A stretch of 36,177 nucleotides of DNA, taken from the IMG/VR virus record IMGVR_UViG_3300011427_000007, positions 1-36,177 of that record. One strand, 5' to 3'. Numbering within the stretch: position 1 is the first letter of the stretch; each line of letters opens with the position of its first letter. The translations under genes were made by a program, and so were the position numbers. The notes beneath the pieces were generated by a model. It had not been told where the DNA came from. It searched no databases and worked only from the letters and a program-made list of their open reading frames with translations. Shown piece by piece: positions 34,261 to 36,177 of this stretch. Origin of the DNA: a virus (Duplodnaviria > Caudoviricetes).

Positions 34261-34287
34261 AGTAGGCTCTTTTTTCAAGAGCCTACT
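34261..34287 (-). terminator. Intergenic hairpin, possible terminator
   Basis: AGTAGGCTCTT...AAGAGCCTACT perfect 11-bp stem; weak U tail. Confidence 0.55.
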
Positions 34288-34301
34288 AAAGTAAAGAAAA
34301 A

Positions 34302-34853
34302 TTAGAAAAGATCATCATGCTCAATGCCAAAGTCATCATAAGCATTTGAACCACCGCCTAAACGTGTACCGTCTTTTAATTTAAGAATGTTGTTTAATCC
34401 GGCTGCAATGCCATTTGATCCCTTAGCATACGGATAAATGTTAAAAGATACGCAGCCATAACAACCCGAATAAAATTCGTCATCGGTTGTTAGTTTAACG
34501 CCTTTTTCATCGATGATCGTTGGTTTGTTATTACACTTTGCATTGATAAAATAAGTTCCTGCGTAAACGTCGTCATCCGGGCGCTCTTCGTCGCCGTCTC
34601 TTAACAATTCGTGTTTAAACGCAGTTGGGATTTTACCCTTCCAAAGTGGTTTTCCTGCGATTTTAGCAGCTTCAGAAGCAGCTTCGATCAGTTTCAAAGT
34701 TTTTTTGTTTTCCTTTGGAATTAAAATTGAAACCGAATACTTTAATTGTCCACCTTCTTCCATCGAAGTTGGTTCGAATACGTGAGCATAACTAAACCGA
34801 ACTAATTCATCTCTAGGTGTGACCACTTTTGTTACTAAATTTTCATCGTTCAT
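34302..34853 (-). CDS. DUF2815-family ssDNA-binding protein
   Basis: VRFSYAHVFEP...KYSVSILIPK...LRDGD...YSGCY...GIAAGLNN...DG.RLGG; acidic tail ending in F. Confidence 0.9.
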   Translation of the reverse strand: MNDENLVTKVVTPRDELVRFSYAHVFEPTSMEEGGQLKYSVSILIPKENKKTLKLIEAASEAAKIAGKPLWKGKIPTAFKHELLRDGDEERPDDDVYAGTYFINAKCNNKPTIIDEKGVKLTTDDEFYSGCYGCVSFNIYPYAKGSNGIAAGLNNILKLKDGTRLGGGSNAYDDFGIEHDDLF

Positions 34854-34856
34854 ACG

Positions 34857-36032
34857 TTAATCTATTTTAAAATCATTCTTTGCGCTGTCTACTCCGCCCA
34901 ACGCTTGGCGCTTATCTGAGTTTTCAACTAAAACAGGTTTTCCAGGGGGCTTGATAAGCAGAGGATCAATCAGTGAATTGAATTTATCCTTGCCTAAAAG
35001 CTTAGTTAAATCAGTTAAGCCCTTTAGTTTAATGTTAAATATTTCCTCTCGAGTGTATCCCTTTGTCAATAGCACGTCGATCGCTTCGTATTCATCCCGG
35101 TAGCAACGGTTTGATCTACCTTCTACCAACTTGTACCCGGGCCAATTCTTACCGTTGATCGCCTCTTTTAAAAGGAATTCAGCAACGGCGCCGATCCAAT
35201 CCAAGATCATAGGTTGTTTTTTATAAACATCGATCAGCTGGGTGTCTGTTAAAAGATGTGGATCCCGGAATTCGTGGTTTGCCACCTTCAGGCATTGGCT
35301 TGCAAGCGTTGCGCATTTAGCCTTCACTTTGCAGAATTTACACCAGTCACCTGCGTATTGTATACCAGCGCCCTTTGTTGCTAGCTCTGCTTTTGGTTTT
35401 ACAAAATGCTCCGCCCAATGCTTTAGGTCTTTAGCTGTAATCTCATAAACAGACCAATTGTCTAAACGCGGTTGAGCTATGATCAACTGTACTACGCTAA
35501 TGTCATACATTAAACTAAAGGCGTCTAAAGCTCCCAAACCGTATAACATCAATTGCGGGTTTTCTTTTGCATCAACCCAGACGCCTTGACCATACTTGAG
35601 ATCGATCACCTTCATTAAACCGTCTGCTATTATAATTGCATCGCAACGCCCGAAGCCTTCAGGAATATATCTTTCCAAGCTTACACGTTCTTCTAATAGC
35701 AGGATCGCGTCTTTTGTCTTTGCTTGTGAGTCAGAAAACTCCTCTAAAACGAAATGCACGTATTTGTCAACTTGCCGATCCATATCCGCGTTAAACAACA
35801 AGCTACGCTCTATTATAGATCGCCTTTCTGTGTACTCCGCGTTCTCAACCAGTTTTAACGAATTCTTAATTTCAAGTTCACCTAATTCGTGGGCGAGCGT
35901 TCCTTCGTCAGCATATACCGAAGTACTTTCTGGTTCTTTGCTTTCCAGCATTGCAGACGGTGTGCAATTAAGCCACCGATAAGCGCCCGACGCGCTTAAA
36001 AAGGCGTGGTCGCGTTCTTTTGGTTTTGCCAT
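34857..36032 (-). CDS. DUF2800-family PD-(D/E)xK (Cas4-like) nuclease
   Basis: HAFLSASGA.RW..C.PS, EGTLAH, FG..D, DLKYG, NPQL.LY, WC.FC...C and PGYKLVEGRSNR motifs. Confidence 0.9.
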   Translation of the reverse strand: MAKPKERDHAFLSASGAYRWLNCTPSAMLESKEPESTSVYADEGTLAHELGELEIKNSLKLVENAEYTERRSIIERSLLFNADMDRQVDKYVHFVLEEFSDSQAKTKDAILLLEERVSLERYIPEGFGRCDAIIIADGLMKVIDLKYGQGVWVDAKENPQLMLYGLGALDAFSLMYDISVVQLIIAQPRLDNWSVYEITAKDLKHWAEHFVKPKAELATKGAGIQYAGDWCKFCKVKAKCATLASQCLKVANHEFRDPHLLTDTQLIDVYKKQPMILDWIGAVAEFLLKEAINGKNWPGYKLVEGRSNRCYRDEYEAIDVLLTKGYTREEIFNIKLKGLTDLTKLLGKDKFNSLIDPLLIKPPGKPVLVENSDKRQALGGVDSAKNDFKID

Positions 36033-36177
36033 TAGTCCAGGCTATTTAAATAGATTTGATAAGCTTTGTAGTGCTTTTTATCAATAGCTAAAACGTTTTC
36101 AGCTTTGAACTCTTTAGCGATGTATTCTTTAATTTCGTCGCGGTGTTTAATTGCTTTCTCACGTGTTAAGGCGCGAA
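36032..36177 (-). CDS. C-terminal part of a small phage protein (…RALTREKAIKHRDEIKEYIAKEFKAENVLAIDKKHYKAYQIYLNSLD*)
   Basis: Open from the window end; the stop overlaps the DUF2800 start (TAATG). Confidence 0.75.
   Translation of the reverse strand, partial: RALTREKAIKHRDEIKEYIAKEFKAENVLAIDKKHYKAYQIYLNSLD

Noticed and set aside
34857-36032. Cas4 as part of a CRISPR system
   Set aside because: It is the standard DUF2800 nuclease of the DUF2800-DUF2815-PolA module; no other cas genes are present.

Overview
This 36.2-kb, AT-rich window looks like an essentially complete genome of a tailed, siphovirus-like phage. The host is probably a Bacteroidota member, based on repeated TTTG-N19/20-TAnnTTTG promoters, A-rich leaders without Shine-Dalgarno sites, and a lipoprotein carrying a QKDE export-like signal. 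The two window ends appear to lie inside the same minus-strand gene, broken at a 12-bp tandem repeat. The minus strand carries two XRE HTH genes, membrane proteins and an APSE-type replication module: DUF2800 nuclease, DUF2815 SSB, PolA, VirE primase-helicase, C5- and N6-methyltransferases, VRR-NUC and an SNF2 helicase. The plus strand carries accessory genes, an AT-rich TGTTTAC repeat region, terS/terL, an accessory cassette, tail genes, tape measure, Clp-type protease/scaffold, capsid, tail tube, portal, adaptor, tail fibre and a holin-like gene. I found no integrase, endolysin, CRISPR array, tRNA or reverse transcriptase. The most notable signals are the missing endolysin, an operon of a duplicated holin-like gene plus a membrane protein, strong GATC over-representation, a candidate sRNA complementary to early-gene start codons, and a structured leader upstream of the primase operon. 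Also notable are an iteron-like array and several frameshifted or start-less small genes. All protein calls come from recognising motifs and gene order by eye; no database searches were run.
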